Source: a virus
Strand: one strand, 5' to 3'
IMG/VR virus record: IMGVR_UViG_3300034107_000725
Span: 1-64,000 of that record
DNA: 64,000 bases
Part shown: positions 27,873 to 38,110 of the stretch, piece after piece
Layout: each line of letters opens with the position of its first letter
Position numbering within the stretch: position 1 is the first letter of the stretch
Made by a program: the position numbers and the translations under genes
The notes under the pieces: model-generated
Told to the model about the DNA's origin: nothing
Seen by the model: the letters and a program-made list of their open reading frames with translations, nothing else
Database searches by the model: none

Positions 27873-28325
27873 ATGGAGAAGAAGCGTAAGAATTCTCGAA
27901 ACAAGGGAGCCGTTGGCGAGCGTGAGCTTGCTGGTGAGCTCAACCGGTTGTTTGGCACAGAAGCTCGACGAGGACAGCAATACAGCGGGCTTGAGGGGGA
28001 GGACGTGGTAGGGCTGGACGGTATCCACGTCGAGAGCAAACGCGTAGAGAGCTTGAATCTGGGCAACGCGATGGAGCAGTCAATCCGAGATGCTGCCGGT
28101 AAAAAGGTTCCCGCGGTGTTCCACCGTAAAAACCGTAAACCTTGGCTTGTGACTTTGAGGCTGGATGATGTCGAAGACTTCGTCAAAGCCATGAATGGGG
28201 TGCTGGAGCGTCGCGACTCTCCGGAAGAACAACCAGAAGTCCACAAGGCGGAGATAGAAATTGCCACGGTACAGCCCAAGGCACGACTGCGGGCTAAACC
28301 CAGGGCTCGAGCGATAACTGAGTGA
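27873..28325 (+). CDS. Hjc-like PD-(D/E)xK Holliday junction resolvase
   Basis: KGAVGERE...GQQYSG...DVV...HVESKR. Confidence 0.8.
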   Translation: MEKKRKNSRNKGAVGERELAGELNRLFGTEARRGQQYSGLEGEDVVGLDGIHVESKRVESLNLGNAMEQSIRDAAGKKVPAVFHRKNRKPWLVTLRLDDVEDFVKAMNGVLERRDSPEEQPEVHKAEIEIATVQPKARLRAKPRARAITE

Positions 28326-28337
28326 GTGTACCAGTCT

Positions 28338-28351
28338 TAAATCCGGAATTT
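28338..28351 (+). promoter_or_regulatory. Repeated motif copy TAAATCCGGAATTT
   Basis: Intergenic, directly before the AAGGAG RBS. Confidence 0.65.
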
Positions 28352-28365
28352 AGAAGGAGTAGCTG

Positions 28366-29436
28366 ATGTCTGAAGAAGAACGAGTTCGCGTGGCAGAGCA
28401 GATGACAGAGATGGCCGAATTAGCGAACAAGCTAATGCCGGAGAGGTCTGAGTTTAAAAAACTGGTTGGCAGCATGCTGGCCTCTCGTCAGATGTATTCA
28501 GTGTGTCTGTACGAACTTGAAAGACTTACAGATGAATACGACTTCAGTGCCCACTTGCCGGAAGGCGTAGAGCAGCTCACTGACGAACAGAAGATGATGT
28601 TTCGTGAGGTGTTGATCAGTGCCGCTGCGGCTACAGCTCAACGACCTTTCGAGGAAGCTGTGCTTTTCCAAGGCATGGTTGAAACTGTGTTCCCTTGGTT
28701 GCGAGAAGTTGTGGTCAAGCATGCAGCCAAGCAGGAGGCAGACCGCCAACGCCTGACGGAAGAAAAAACGCAGGCAAGGCTTACGACTAAAATCGATCTG
28801 GGTATTCCAATTTTTCCTGAGAATATTGGAGAGAGTACCTACGAGCTGGATCGCACCAGTTCAGTCCTGTTTGTAGGTGAAGAGGCTCCGCTGAGGTGGT
28901 TGACGAATCACATTCTAAAACACCTTACAGGGGGAATTCAGCAACTGGAGCAGATACTCAACCTGACGGAACGTGAGTCGGATTTCACGGACTCTAAAGT
29001 GCAGAGTGTAAGCAAAGCAGCTTGGGCAGGTTGTGCAAACACAATCAATAACACAAACAAGCAAAACATCGTGCGGCTGAAGCTGGAAAGCGATGTCGTA
29101 GATGTGGTGCTTGTAAGTGATGTCTGTACAGCTTATCGTGAAATGTTGTCTGCACCTCGTACTTCGGTTGCCAACGAAGCACAGAGAAAGCTAAAACCTT
29201 GGACAGACAAAGCAGGGGCGTTGCTTGTATCAAGTCTGCCATTCACTCGGTCACTACGTCCAAATGAGTTGAACATGCCTGAGTATGAGCTACTGCGTAC
29301 TCACAACATTTTGCGGGGTGTTTCTGCGGTACCTACAGACGATGGTTATCAGATCATGGTGGGTACCCAATTGGTGGCCAAGATTCCAAAACAAGAATTG
29401 GAGTCATATAAGGTTTCCAATATCATTGTGCCGTAG
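28366..29436 (+). CDS. Hypothetical protein, possibly a degenerate RecA/DnaB-fold
   Basis: C-terminal VDVVLVSD strand resembles a Walker B; no intact Walker A. Confidence 0.5.
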   Translation: MSEEERVRVAEQMTEMAELANKLMPERSEFKKLVGSMLASRQMYSVCLYELERLTDEYDFSAHLPEGVEQLTDEQKMMFREVLISAAAATAQRPFEEAVLFQGMVETVFPWLREVVVKHAAKQEADRQRLTEEKTQARLTTKIDLGIPIFPENIGESTYELDRTSSVLFVGEEAPLRWLTNHILKHLTGGIQQLEQILNLTERESDFTDSKVQSVSKAAWAGCANTINNTNKQNIVRLKLESDVVDVVLVSDVCTAYREMLSAPRTSVANEAQRKLKPWTDKAGALLVSSLPFTRSLRPNELNMPEYELLRTHNILRGVSAVPTDDGYQIMVGTQLVAKIPKQELESYKVSNIIVP

Positions 29437-29444
29437 GAGATGCT

Positions 29445-30146
29445 ATGTACGTTTTTGTCAGCTGGGCCTACACGGAAGTTGCGGAAGAGGCGGATGCCAC
29501 TCGAAAGCTACAAGTCAACCAGGCCAAGAAGTCCAAATCTTCAGAAGATAAGGAATTAGTCGCAACCTTGTCGCAGGAGAACTGTCTTCCGGAATACGCG
29601 GAGTATGTAAAAATGCTCAAGCAGTCCGACAAGATGCCTTCTGAACTGGAAATGGACGTACTTAACCGCAACCTGCTTGCAGTACGATTCGTGATACCGG
29701 CTTTGGGTAAGACCGTAACTTACCAACTGTCTCGCAGGGCACCTGCTGACGGTAAACTACCAGTCAGTCTGGCAGCAAGAGCATTCTTGCTTACGACATT
29801 TTATGGCGAATGGACTGGAGACTTACAAGCTCCAGGTGTCAGTCGTGCAATTTTTGTCGGGCTGCCAGGAGTCAAAAGGTTTTTGCAGCAGCTAGCACTG
29901 TGCTGCGGGGCGTTGGGTCAACCCTTACCGGTGGATCTCTATGTCAATTCAAAGCAATACGAGTTGCTGCCCGAAACGGATCTTTGTCAATTGCTGGAGG
30001 CTTGTGCCTTCTATCAAGAGTCAGAGGACGACGCACAGCAATACAGAAATTTGACAGCCAGCTGGTGTGGAACTGCGGCAAGTGCGGAGCGAGATAGCAC
30101 GTTGCTACTGGCCGCAGCTTTCAAGCTGGGCTTCAAAGGAGTTTGA
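29445..30146 (+). CDS. Hypothetical protein
   Basis: AGGAG RBS; 233 aa. Confidence 0.7.
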   Translation: MYVFVSWAYTEVAEEADATRKLQVNQAKKSKSSEDKELVATLSQENCLPEYAEYVKMLKQSDKMPSELEMDVLNRNLLAVRFVIPALGKTVTYQLSRRAPADGKLPVSLAARAFLLTTFYGEWTGDLQAPGVSRAIFVGLPGVKRFLQQLALCCGALGQPLPVDLYVNSKQYELLPETDLCQLLEACAFYQESEDDAQQYRNLTASWCGTAASAERDSTLLLAAAFKLGFKGV

Positions 30147-30847
30147 CGATGAGCACAGGATTGCCTGAAAAGCAGGAAGATAAATCTTATGTATTCCGAC
30201 CATTTCAGGTCCCTAAGCATCGTGTAGAGTTTCAGCGGGCGGGGAAGCTGGCTGACATTCCTGGGTATGTTTGGTACACACCTGCCCCACTTTACCTGTG
30301 GGGCAGGTATACCGAAACCAATCTGTCCGACATGGTACAGAATCGAAATGTACAAATTGCTTGGTATCAGTTCGACAAGCCAGTGTTTCAAGGATTTCAA
30401 ATCAACGGTGATGCGAGCTGGAACCACATTTTGTGGGCAGCGAAGACGGAAGATTGGAAAAAGATTGTTGACGGGATTCTGGAGACAGTCCAGTTCGACA
30501 TACCTAACTCAAGGCTGTATCAGTATGCGATGCAAAATCTTAAGATATATGATCCACTGGCTCTCGACATAAGCAGGGTACTAACACAGAATGTACCGAC
30601 CACAACTATTCACGCGTTTGCGGTACTGACCAACGAACGACAATACGCTTTCGATGTAAGGAATCCTGATGTCAGAGTACAACCAAGCGTAATGAGCTTC
30701 AAGCCTAGCGATCTGCATGTAAATGCGGCTCGTAAGTTGTTTGCACGTAAAAACATGACACAGGATGGAGCGGTTGAGCGATACAAAGAAATCTTGCTTT
30801 CCCAGCAGGATTTGAATTACCAACAGTCCGTTAAAGACAGGAAGTGA
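30143..30847 (+). CDS. Hypothetical protein
   Basis: Overlaps the previous stop; 234 aa. Confidence 0.7.
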   Translation: MTMSTGLPEKQEDKSYVFRPFQVPKHRVEFQRAGKLADIPGYVWYTPAPLYLWGRYTETNLSDMVQNRNVQIAWYQFDKPVFQGFQINGDASWNHILWAAKTEDWKKIVDGILETVQFDIPNSRLYQYAMQNLKIYDPLALDISRVLTQNVPTTTIHAFAVLTNERQYAFDVRNPDVRVQPSVMSFKPSDLHVNAARKLFARKNMTQDGAVERYKEILLSQQDLNYQQSVKDRK

Positions 30848-30856
30848 GTCACGTAT

Positions 30857-31477
30857 ATGGCAAAGCCTGATCCAAAATGGGAAGCCTACAAGGCAAAAGT
30901 ACCAGGGCTTGAAGATATGTTGCAGCAAGCTGCCCCCATTCTGGACGATTCCGATCTGGAATTTCAGGGGCTGCTTAAGCAGTTGCCAGCAGAAATTGGT
31001 AGCCAGTTGAAAGCGGAAAGGCGTGCGGTTGTCCCTAGTACTCAACTGAAGCCTGCGGAGCACCAATGGTGTCTATGCGAAATGGCGGAAGGTGAGTTTC
31101 CTCGTATGCAGGTATACGCCAACATACAAGGAGCGGCAGAAGCCATAGCACGTAAAGAAGGACAAGAAACCGCAGTGTGGTTGGTGTATGGTCTTCCGAT
31201 TCGTCTTACCGAGACGATCAGTATCGACGATACAACTAAGATTCGTTATCTCATGTTGCCTAACCACAAAGCCGTTGTGGTCAGTCTTACGGAACCATTT
31301 CAGGTGGTTGAGCAGGACTCGTTGCCTGCAAACATTGAAATATCCGACGACGGTTGGTTAGGTGATCCGATTTATCGCCAGACTCAGCAGTTTTATACTC
31401 CAGGTTTTGCGGAGAATGAGGAATCATTCAACGCAAAACTTGAGGAGAGTGAAGACGAAGACACAGAAGAGGTTTAA
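30857..31477 (+). CDS. Hypothetical protein, acidic C-terminus
   Basis: 206-aa ORF in the operon. Confidence 0.7.
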   Translation: MAKPDPKWEAYKAKVPGLEDMLQQAAPILDDSDLEFQGLLKQLPAEIGSQLKAERRAVVPSTQLKPAEHQWCLCEMAEGEFPRMQVYANIQGAAEAIARKEGQETAVWLVYGLPIRLTETISIDDTTKIRYLMLPNHKAVVVSLTEPFQVVEQDSLPANIEISDDGWLGDPIYRQTQQFYTPGFAENEESFNAKLEESEDEDTEEV

Positions 31478-31506
31478 CCTTTTCTTTAGCTATCAGGAAT
31501 TCAGAC

Positions 31507-32535
31507 ATGGCAGATACATCGATTCGCACGAACTCACCTGACCCAACCAAGTACCATCCAAATGTTGGAGGTATGCCGGGTACAATGCTGCCCCGATCCG
31601 GATCCGACGGACAGTCTTTGGGCTTTGATCACAATCGCCCGCAGATCGTGATTGTGGACCCTGGAGAGCTTGGCGGTGGATTTACCCTGGATATGTCTTC
31701 GCTCTCCAAGTTGAAACAAAACTTCAACTCCGCAGCTATCCGAAAAGAAGTTGCAAGTGACGTCAGTTCGTTTTATCGTGAGATCAGTCAACGTATGATA
31801 AACGAACCAAAAGTCCCCGCAGCTCCAACCATACCATCAATTCAGAAAGTCCAAGTCGTGCCAGAACCACTGAAGCCATTAAGTAGCTTACCACCTGTGT
31901 CAGTAGTCCAGGAAATTGAGTCACCTGAATCAATTTCACTGCAGATTGATACGCTGTTGCAAGAAGAATTCAACAAGGCATCTGCGTTACGCCAGCAGTT
32001 CAATAATCCAACTGCTCCCGTACAGCCGCAACCTTCGTCTCCGTCATTAGAGGCACAACAGCTCAGATTACAGGTAGCCCAGCAGACTGCTATGATCAAC
32101 TCGATGGTTTCTCGACTCAACATGCTGACAGATAAAGCTGTAGTACCCGAGACAAAACCCGTTGAGCCTGTGACACCGCCAGTTGACGTAGACGCCATTC
32201 TGTCAAAAGCGTTTCAAGGGCTTCAAATTCCGTTTTTTAACAGCGACAAGCCGGAACGCCCACAGTATGAAACCTATTTTGAGATGGCGAAAATGGGTAC
32301 AATGGCGGCTCGCTACCATGCTGTGATACTGGGCCAAGACTGTTTGGCTCTTGTCTATGACACACGCTTTGCTGACGGTTTTCAGTATCTACCGCCAAAC
32401 TTGGGCGAAGAGTTGATCACAGTCTCGGTTCCGAAGCTCAAAGAAGCAAACTGTGTATGCTCTTCGTTGGGGCTACACTGGACGCTCGGTTGTCTGGATG
32501 TTGTCATCCTCATTCGACACAAGGGAGAAGTTTGA
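31507..32535 (+). CDS. Hypothetical protein, Pro/Gln-rich centre
   Basis: 342-aa ORF upstream of the probable portal. Confidence 0.7.
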   Translation: MADTSIRTNSPDPTKYHPNVGGMPGTMLPRSGSDGQSLGFDHNRPQIVIVDPGELGGGFTLDMSSLSKLKQNFNSAAIRKEVASDVSSFYREISQRMINEPKVPAAPTIPSIQKVQVVPEPLKPLSSLPPVSVVQEIESPESISLQIDTLLQEEFNKASALRQQFNNPTAPVQPQPSSPSLEAQQLRLQVAQQTAMINSMVSRLNMLTDKAVVPETKPVEPVTPPVDVDAILSKAFQGLQIPFFNSDKPERPQYETYFEMAKMGTMAARYHAVILGQDCLALVYDTRFADGFQYLPPNLGEELITVSVPKLKEANCVCSSLGLHWTLGCLDVVILIRHKGEV

Positions 32536-32744
32536 TGGCTATGGAAAAGAACGGTGCGATCAGTAACGAAACTCCAAACTGCGGCAACAACTGTGGCTGC
32601 TCCAAGCAGGCCAGTGCACGGCAGCAAAATTTGACTCCGGGATCTCTGTTCCCGGATACGATTAAAGAAGCCAACGCAATGGACGACGATATCACTAAAA
32701 GAGCTGTAGAAGCCGTTCGTGCTTCCACAAAAGTCACACAGTAA
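32535..32744 (+). CDS. Small protein with KQA/KEA/KRA motifs
   Basis: ATG overlaps the TGA of the previous gene; CGNNCGCSKQAS. Confidence 0.6.
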   Translation: MAMEKNGAISNETPNCGNNCGCSKQASARQQNLTPGSLFPDTIKEANAMDDDITKRAVEAVRASTKVTQ

Positions 32745-32768
32745 TTGTAGCTCACGGAGGATCGGCGA

Positions 32769-34685
32769 ATGTCATCGCTTGTTTCTAGCGGTAGTCCTTA
32801 CTTCAGCCGCGGTGCTGGTGCATCCTACGGTGAAACAGGATTTGCCGATCCTTGGAATGATCTAGCAACTACCCAGATGCCGACGACCATGAAGTCGGCA
32901 CTGTGGTGGTCTGAGTATATCTGGACGGTGCATGGTACCTACCGGATGGCTATGGAGCGGATTGTAAGCTACTTCCTAACCGACGTAGAGATTGGCGGCG
33001 AAGCCAGCGACGAAGAGAAGAAGAAGTACGAAGGCTTTCTTAACGATCAGCTACAGATCATGCCGTTTCTGGGCATGGCGATGAGAGACAGATTATGTTA
33101 CGGAAATGCCTTCGTCAGCGTGGTCGTGCCTTTTCGTCGTTTTCTACAGTGTCCCAAGACGGGTGATATGTATCCGCTCAAGGTCGCGTACAACAACTTT
33201 GATTTCAAACTCAACGATGAGTTTGAATTCATAGCTACCTGTCCTAAGACTGGCTGGCGTGGAGCTTGGCAGGTTGTGGACAAGCCGCGAGAAGAAGCAG
33301 AGCACATCATTCTCAAACGCTGGAATCCACACGAAATCGAAATCCTGCACGATCCTTATACAGATGAGGCTGCTTATCTGTGGCGGATCCCTGAGTACTA
33401 CAAGCGGATGGTAAAAGAAGGTAATCTGTTTCACCTAGAACGCTGTAGCCGTCAAGTGATGGAAGCGATCCGGCACAACAAGCTGTTTAGGTTCAACCAA
33501 GATGCCATCTTCCACCTGAAGGAACCAACTCTGGCCGGTATTCGAAACATGGGTTGGGGCTTACCTCGCAGTCTGACAAACTATCGTCAAATCTGGTACG
33601 TACAAGTGCTGCGACGATACAACGAAGCAATTGCTCTGGATTACGTGATTCCTTTTAGGTTAATCACACCGGGTAACAGTGGTGGTGCAGGTGCGGGCGG
33701 CATCTCAACACAAGACCCGATGTCGATCTACGCTGCTGGAGACTTCAGGTCTCAGGTGCGGAACATGATCAACAAGCGTCGCCGAGATCCTGCCAGCTGG
33801 CAGATGTTACCGTTTCCAGTGAACTATCAGATGCTGGGTGGCGACGCCAAACAGCTGGCACCTACAGAAATGATTCAACAAGGCACGGAAACCCTGCTGA
33901 ATGAAACCGGTGTACCGGTGGAGTTCTATCAAGGGTCGCTGTCTTTGCAGGCTGCCCCAGTGGCTCTACGGCTGTTTGAAAGTACACACCGCAGTCTTGT
34001 CTCCGATGCCAACATGCTACTGCGTTGGATCTGCGAATCCATCGGACGGATCATGTCTTGGGAGAAAGTGGACTGCCATCTTCAACGTGTCACAATCGCT
34101 GATGACATGCAGAAGCAAATGTCGGCTCTCCAGCTGATGATGGGCCAACAACTCTCTGGGCATTCCGGACTCAAAGCAATCGGATACGACTGGGAGACAG
34201 AACAAAATCTTATTGCAGCCGAAGCTCGCAAGCAGCAAGAGCTTCAGGCCCGACAACAAGAAGAAATGGAACAAGCCGGTTTTGCCGCCGAAGTGGCCAA
34301 GGGAAACAACCCAAACGCAGCGATGGCACAACCCGGCGGTGGGGCTCCGCAGCCAGGTGGAGGTGCTCCTCAACAGGGTGGAGCTCCGCCGCAAAGTGGT
34401 CCAGATATGGCGGCAGCTGGTGGGTCTCCCGTTACCAACTATATTCAAACCATGGGTGCAAATGCTGCGGTTACGCCAAACGATCTGCAATCCGCAGCAG
34501 GGCAACTGGCTCAAGAACTGCTTGGATTGCCAGAAGGCGTGAAAGACTCGCAGTTAAGACAGTTGAAGCAGTTCAATCCGACGTTGCACTCGTTGACACG
34601 TACTAAAATGGATGAAATGCGACAACAGTTTCGCACTCAAGGCGGAGCCATGCTACAACAACAACAGATGGGCGGAGGCCAGTAA
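32769..34685 (+). CDS. Probable portal protein
   Basis: 638 aa; RDRLCYGNAF resembles portal D..x.GNA(Y/F); helical Q-rich C-terminus; GGAGG RBS. Confidence 0.55.
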   Translation: MSSLVSSGSPYFSRGAGASYGETGFADPWNDLATTQMPTTMKSALWWSEYIWTVHGTYRMAMERIVSYFLTDVEIGGEASDEEKKKYEGFLNDQLQIMPFLGMAMRDRLCYGNAFVSVVVPFRRFLQCPKTGDMYPLKVAYNNFDFKLNDEFEFIATCPKTGWRGAWQVVDKPREEAEHIILKRWNPHEIEILHDPYTDEAAYLWRIPEYYKRMVKEGNLFHLERCSRQVMEAIRHNKLFRFNQDAIFHLKEPTLAGIRNMGWGLPRSLTNYRQIWYVQVLRRYNEAIALDYVIPFRLITPGNSGGAGAGGISTQDPMSIYAAGDFRSQVRNMINKRRRDPASWQMLPFPVNYQMLGGDAKQLAPTEMIQQGTETLLNETGVPVEFYQGSLSLQAAPVALRLFESTHRSLVSDANMLLRWICESIGRIMSWEKVDCHLQRVTIADDMQKQMSALQLMMGQQLSGHSGLKAIGYDWETEQNLIAAEARKQQELQARQQEEMEQAGFAAEVAKGNNPNAAMAQPGGGAPQPGGGAPQQGGAPPQSGPDMAAAGGSPVTNYIQTMGANAAVTPNDLQSAAGQLAQELLGLPEGVKDSQLRQLKQFNPTLHSLTRTKMDEMRQQFRTQGGAMLQQQQMGGGQ

Positions 34686-34776
34686 TGTGTGATAGGCTTG
34701 TAGCCTGCTAGAATACTACGATTGCCAAATCGATATCCTGGCGGGCACCAACACGCACAAAAGGCAGGCTCACAAT

Positions 34777-35574
34777 ATGATTAGGATTGGATTTATCTGC
34801 CCAACATATGACGCTCTGTCGTTGGCCAGCTACACTCATAAGGCGTTGGAGTCGTTCTTCGACACAACGCCTTCAGGTGTTGCTATTGTCGTAGACGACG
34901 GTTCAAAAGGTTGGACGAAGGAATACGCGGATTCTTTGTACGAGATAGGAAACCAACAAGCAGGAACAGAGACACATATTATTAGGTTTAAAGAAAAAGG
35001 AGGTTTGACTAGAAGCTGGAATGCCGGGCTAAGAGAGGCAGATGAGTTAGGGTTGGACTACGCGATAGCCGGTAACAACGATGTGATATTCTCGTACCGC
35101 TGGTACGAGGGTTTACTTCATGCCTTGACTAATGGCTATGATTTGGTGGGTCCGCTATCCAACGCCCCTGGAGTGACAGCACAGGGTTTGCAGGAAATTC
35201 AGCGGTATATCCCTACGTATGAAGCTACAGACGACTTGGTAGCGATAGATAAAGTCGCAGCTGAGTTAAAACGTAAAAACACTGGAAAGGTGGCAAAGTG
35301 TACTGTCAACGGATTTTTTCTGATGGCAGCTTTGTCAACGTGGCGGGTGGGCAAATATGACGATGCAAACTACTTTTGCCCGGTAAACGAGAAGATGCCT
35401 TCGGGTCGACCCAATCTTACACCGCTCATGACTGGTAATGAGGACGAACTACAGCACAGATGGCGGGCCAAGGGTTTGAAATCGGCTGTAGCTTTGAGCA
35501 GCTTTATTTTCCACTACAGAGCGGTTTCACGTGGCGAACGATACAAGAAAGGTCTTTGGTATCGACAATCATGA
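34777..35574 (+). CDS. GT2-family glycosyltransferase
   Basis: ICPTY, IVVDDGS, GGLTRSWNAG, GNNDV, GNED, IFHY. Confidence 0.85.
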   Translation: MIRIGFICPTYDALSLASYTHKALESFFDTTPSGVAIVVDDGSKGWTKEYADSLYEIGNQQAGTETHIIRFKEKGGLTRSWNAGLREADELGLDYAIAGNNDVIFSYRWYEGLLHALTNGYDLVGPLSNAPGVTAQGLQEIQRYIPTYEATDDLVAIDKVAAELKRKNTGKVAKCTVNGFFLMAALSTWRVGKYDDANYFCPVNEKMPSGRPNLTPLMTGNEDELQHRWRAKGLKSAVALSSFIFHYRAVSRGERYKKGLWYRQS

Positions 35575-36311
35575 GTAAAACATTAGTTTACAGCTGTGTT
35601 ACAGGTAACTACGACGACCTGCTTTCCGCAATCCTTGCTTCAACAGGTGTGGCGGAGAAAGACGTGCGTTATGTGCTATACACGGATAAAGTGCAACCAG
35701 ATTCTAATATTTTCATCTACACCGCAAAACATTCAGACATCACCTGGGAACTTCACCCGTTACTTTGGCAGCACCCGTCCTGTCCGAGACGAACAGCCCG
35801 ATGGCATAAAATTAACAGTCATCTGCTACCAGGAAGACATAAATACACGATATGGCTTGACGGGTCTCAAAAGATAAAGAAAATTCCGCTGGCCTCTCGC
35901 GTGCTGGCAAGCGTGCCCAATAATACGTTGCTGGCTGCCTTTAAACATCCGCAAAGAAGCTGCGTATACGAAGAAACCTCGGCATGCATGAACCAGAAAA
36001 AAGATGACCCAGCTCTGCTAAGAAGTCAGGCAGGTCATTATCGGAAGGAGGGCTACCCGGAAAATAATGGCATGGTTGAGACTGGTTGTGTACTCCGTAA
36101 AAACTGTACTCAGGTTGCAAACTTTAACAAAAATTGGTGGCAGCAGTTGGAGAAATTCAGTTCGCGAGATCAGATGGGATTTAACTATGCAGCCTGGCAG
36201 ACTGGTATTTCGTATCATCTTCTACCGGGCAGCGGCACTAAATCGGAATTCTTCGATTATGTGAAGCACAAAAGGCGGGGAAGTAAAAGCAACAAAGGCG
36301 ACAGTCAATGA
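35571..36311 (+). CDS. DUF616 (TOD1/MUCI70-like) glycosyltransferase, copy 1
   Basis: VYSCVTGNYD, LYTD, RWHKINSH, IWLDGS, HPQRSCVYEE, SRDQMGFNY; ATGA overlap supports start 35571. Confidence 0.85.
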   Translation: MSKTLVYSCVTGNYDDLLSAILASTGVAEKDVRYVLYTDKVQPDSNIFIYTAKHSDITWELHPLLWQHPSCPRRTARWHKINSHLLPGRHKYTIWLDGSQKIKKIPLASRVLASVPNNTLLAAFKHPQRSCVYEETSACMNQKKDDPALLRSQAGHYRKEGYPENNGMVETGCVLRKNCTQVANFNKNWWQQLEKFSSRDQMGFNYAAWQTGISYHLLPGSGTKSEFFDYVKHKRRGSKSNKGDSQ

Positions 36312-37021
36312 GTAAGCTCTTGGTCTACAGTTGTGTCACAGGCGGTTATGACGACATCTACGCTGGAATACTGGCTTCAACGGGTGCCGAGAGTCCTGAC
36401 GTTCGTTACGTGCTTTACACAGATCAGCTAGCTCAAAATGCTCCACCCAGACAGTTCAAACTCAAAGAATCTGCAATCAGTTGGGAGTTGAGACCACTGA
36501 TCTGGAGTCACCCTCTGTGCAAGATCCGAACAGCTCGATGGCACAAAGCGAACAGCCACCTGCTACCTGACGACGTGGATCATGTCTTGTGGCTTGACGG
36601 CACACAGCGGATTAAAAACATATCGCTATCAACCCAGCTGACAACTCCGCTGCAGACTGTCTGCGAGCTTGCCGCGTTCAAACACCCTGACCGCATATGT
36701 GTCTATCAAGAACTCATGGCCTGTCGCAAATGGAAAAAAGACAACTTTGAATTGATGCAGCGGCAGCTGGAAGGCTACAAAGCAGAAGGCTATCCAGCAT
36801 ACAACGGTCTAGTCGAAACTACTTGCGTATTCAGAGCTCACCGCAGTCCAAAAATCATAGCGTTCAACAGACTTTGGTGGCAGCAGATGGATCAACACAG
36901 CTTCCGAGACCAGCTGAGCTTTAACTATGCCGCTTGGAAGTTGAGTCTCCCTTTTGGTATTATCCCAGGCAACCGAACAAACTCTCCATTCTTTGACTAC
37001 GTACATCACAAGCACGGTTGA
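36308..37021 (+). CDS. DUF616-like glycosyltransferase, copy 2
   Basis: VYSCVTGGYD, LWLDGT, HPDRICVYQE, RDQLSFNY; paralog of the previous gene. Confidence 0.85.
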   Translation: MSKLLVYSCVTGGYDDIYAGILASTGAESPDVRYVLYTDQLAQNAPPRQFKLKESAISWELRPLIWSHPLCKIRTARWHKANSHLLPDDVDHVLWLDGTQRIKNISLSTQLTTPLQTVCELAAFKHPDRICVYQELMACRKWKKDNFELMQRQLEGYKAEGYPAYNGLVETTCVFRAHRSPKIIAFNRLWWQQMDQHSFRDQLSFNYAAWKLSLPFGIIPGNRTNSPFFDYVHHKHG

Positions 37022-37042
37022 GTTTCACCTCAGGAGCATCCC

Positions 37043-38110
37043 GTGCTTAAAGTCGGTATCTTCACTCCCTACGTCCGCGGCGAGACTACGTTGGCGGCGG
37101 TACAGTTAGCCGACTGGTTGTTGCGGTGTGGCATCGAAGTTACGATCTTGGCCGAAGGTCGTATTGATTCCGGTATCCACCCAGTATGGGATAACAAAGT
37201 AAAACGAGCTACTCGCAAGACAGTCTATGCCTGGGCATATGGCTGTACGCATCTTTGCTGGTTCAGTGCCAACTTTGCAGCTGTGCGTGCAGCTCGACTG
37301 GTTGCACCGGACAGTCCTAAACGACGTACGCAAAACTTCTTCTTCCCCAGTTGGAATGGTTGGGGTCGAGAGCAGGAAGCGATGGTTTTGTTGTGCCAGC
37401 AGACCATATGCCTGAGCCAGGACATGGCATACTGGATAGATAAAAAATACTTTCAAACTGCGGTGATTCGCACGTGGGTCAATCTAGTCTCTCCAGCGTC
37501 TTTACTCTTTCCCAGAGTTGGTAGGCTGGACGTGACTGCAACACGGCTACTGGCAGTGATCACCAAGTCTGTTGAACTGGACATCGGTAACCAGTTGTTC
37601 AGCGTGTTTGACACCCTCTTAGACGGACACTCTGGACTACATGTGACCTTCCTGCTGGAACATTCGCTTCCCAAGGACTATCGAAAACAACTTGCAAATA
37701 TTAAACAAAAGCACGAAGACCGCGTAACTATTGTTACCGGACCACCATACTACGAGTACGTACAGTTAGCCAGACAACACGACTGGGTTTACCTGGCTAG
37801 CACAAGGCACACTTATGGTTCAATACTATCAACACTGATGAGTAGTTCTGTGCCCATCATCTGCCACGACGTCCCACCTGTGAGGAGTTACGTGGCAAAC
37901 AATTTCTCAGGAAAACTGATCAACTGTGACTTGATAGAAAGCCCGGGACCTGTGGCGGTAGTCGAGCTTGACGATGTGAGTCATACATTGGATAGCCTGC
38001 TTATCAGTCCTGACACAGTGATGAGAGCGATACAGACAAATATGGCTATATCACTGCAAAACAAACAAAGAGTCTTTGAACAGTTCATCTTTAGCGAGTT
38101 CATGAAGTGA
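37043..38110 (+). CDS. GT-B fold (GT4-like) glycosyltransferase
   Basis: KVGIFTPY...GETT; C-terminal YG..L.TLMSS.VPII..D.PP..SYV resembles the GT4 motif with the Glu missing. Confidence 0.6.
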   Translation: MLKVGIFTPYVRGETTLAAVQLADWLLRCGIEVTILAEGRIDSGIHPVWDNKVKRATRKTVYAWAYGCTHLCWFSANFAAVRAARLVAPDSPKRRTQNFFFPSWNGWGREQEAMVLLCQQTICLSQDMAYWIDKKYFQTAVIRTWVNLVSPASLLFPRVGRLDVTATRLLAVITKSVELDIGNQLFSVFDTLLDGHSGLHVTFLLEHSLPKDYRKQLANIKQKHEDRVTIVTGPPYYEYVQLARQHDWVYLASTRHTYGSILSTLMSSSVPIICHDVPPVRSYVANNFSGKLINCDLIESPGPVAVVELDDVSHTLDSLLISPDTVMRAIQTNMAISLQNKQRVFEQFIFSEFMK

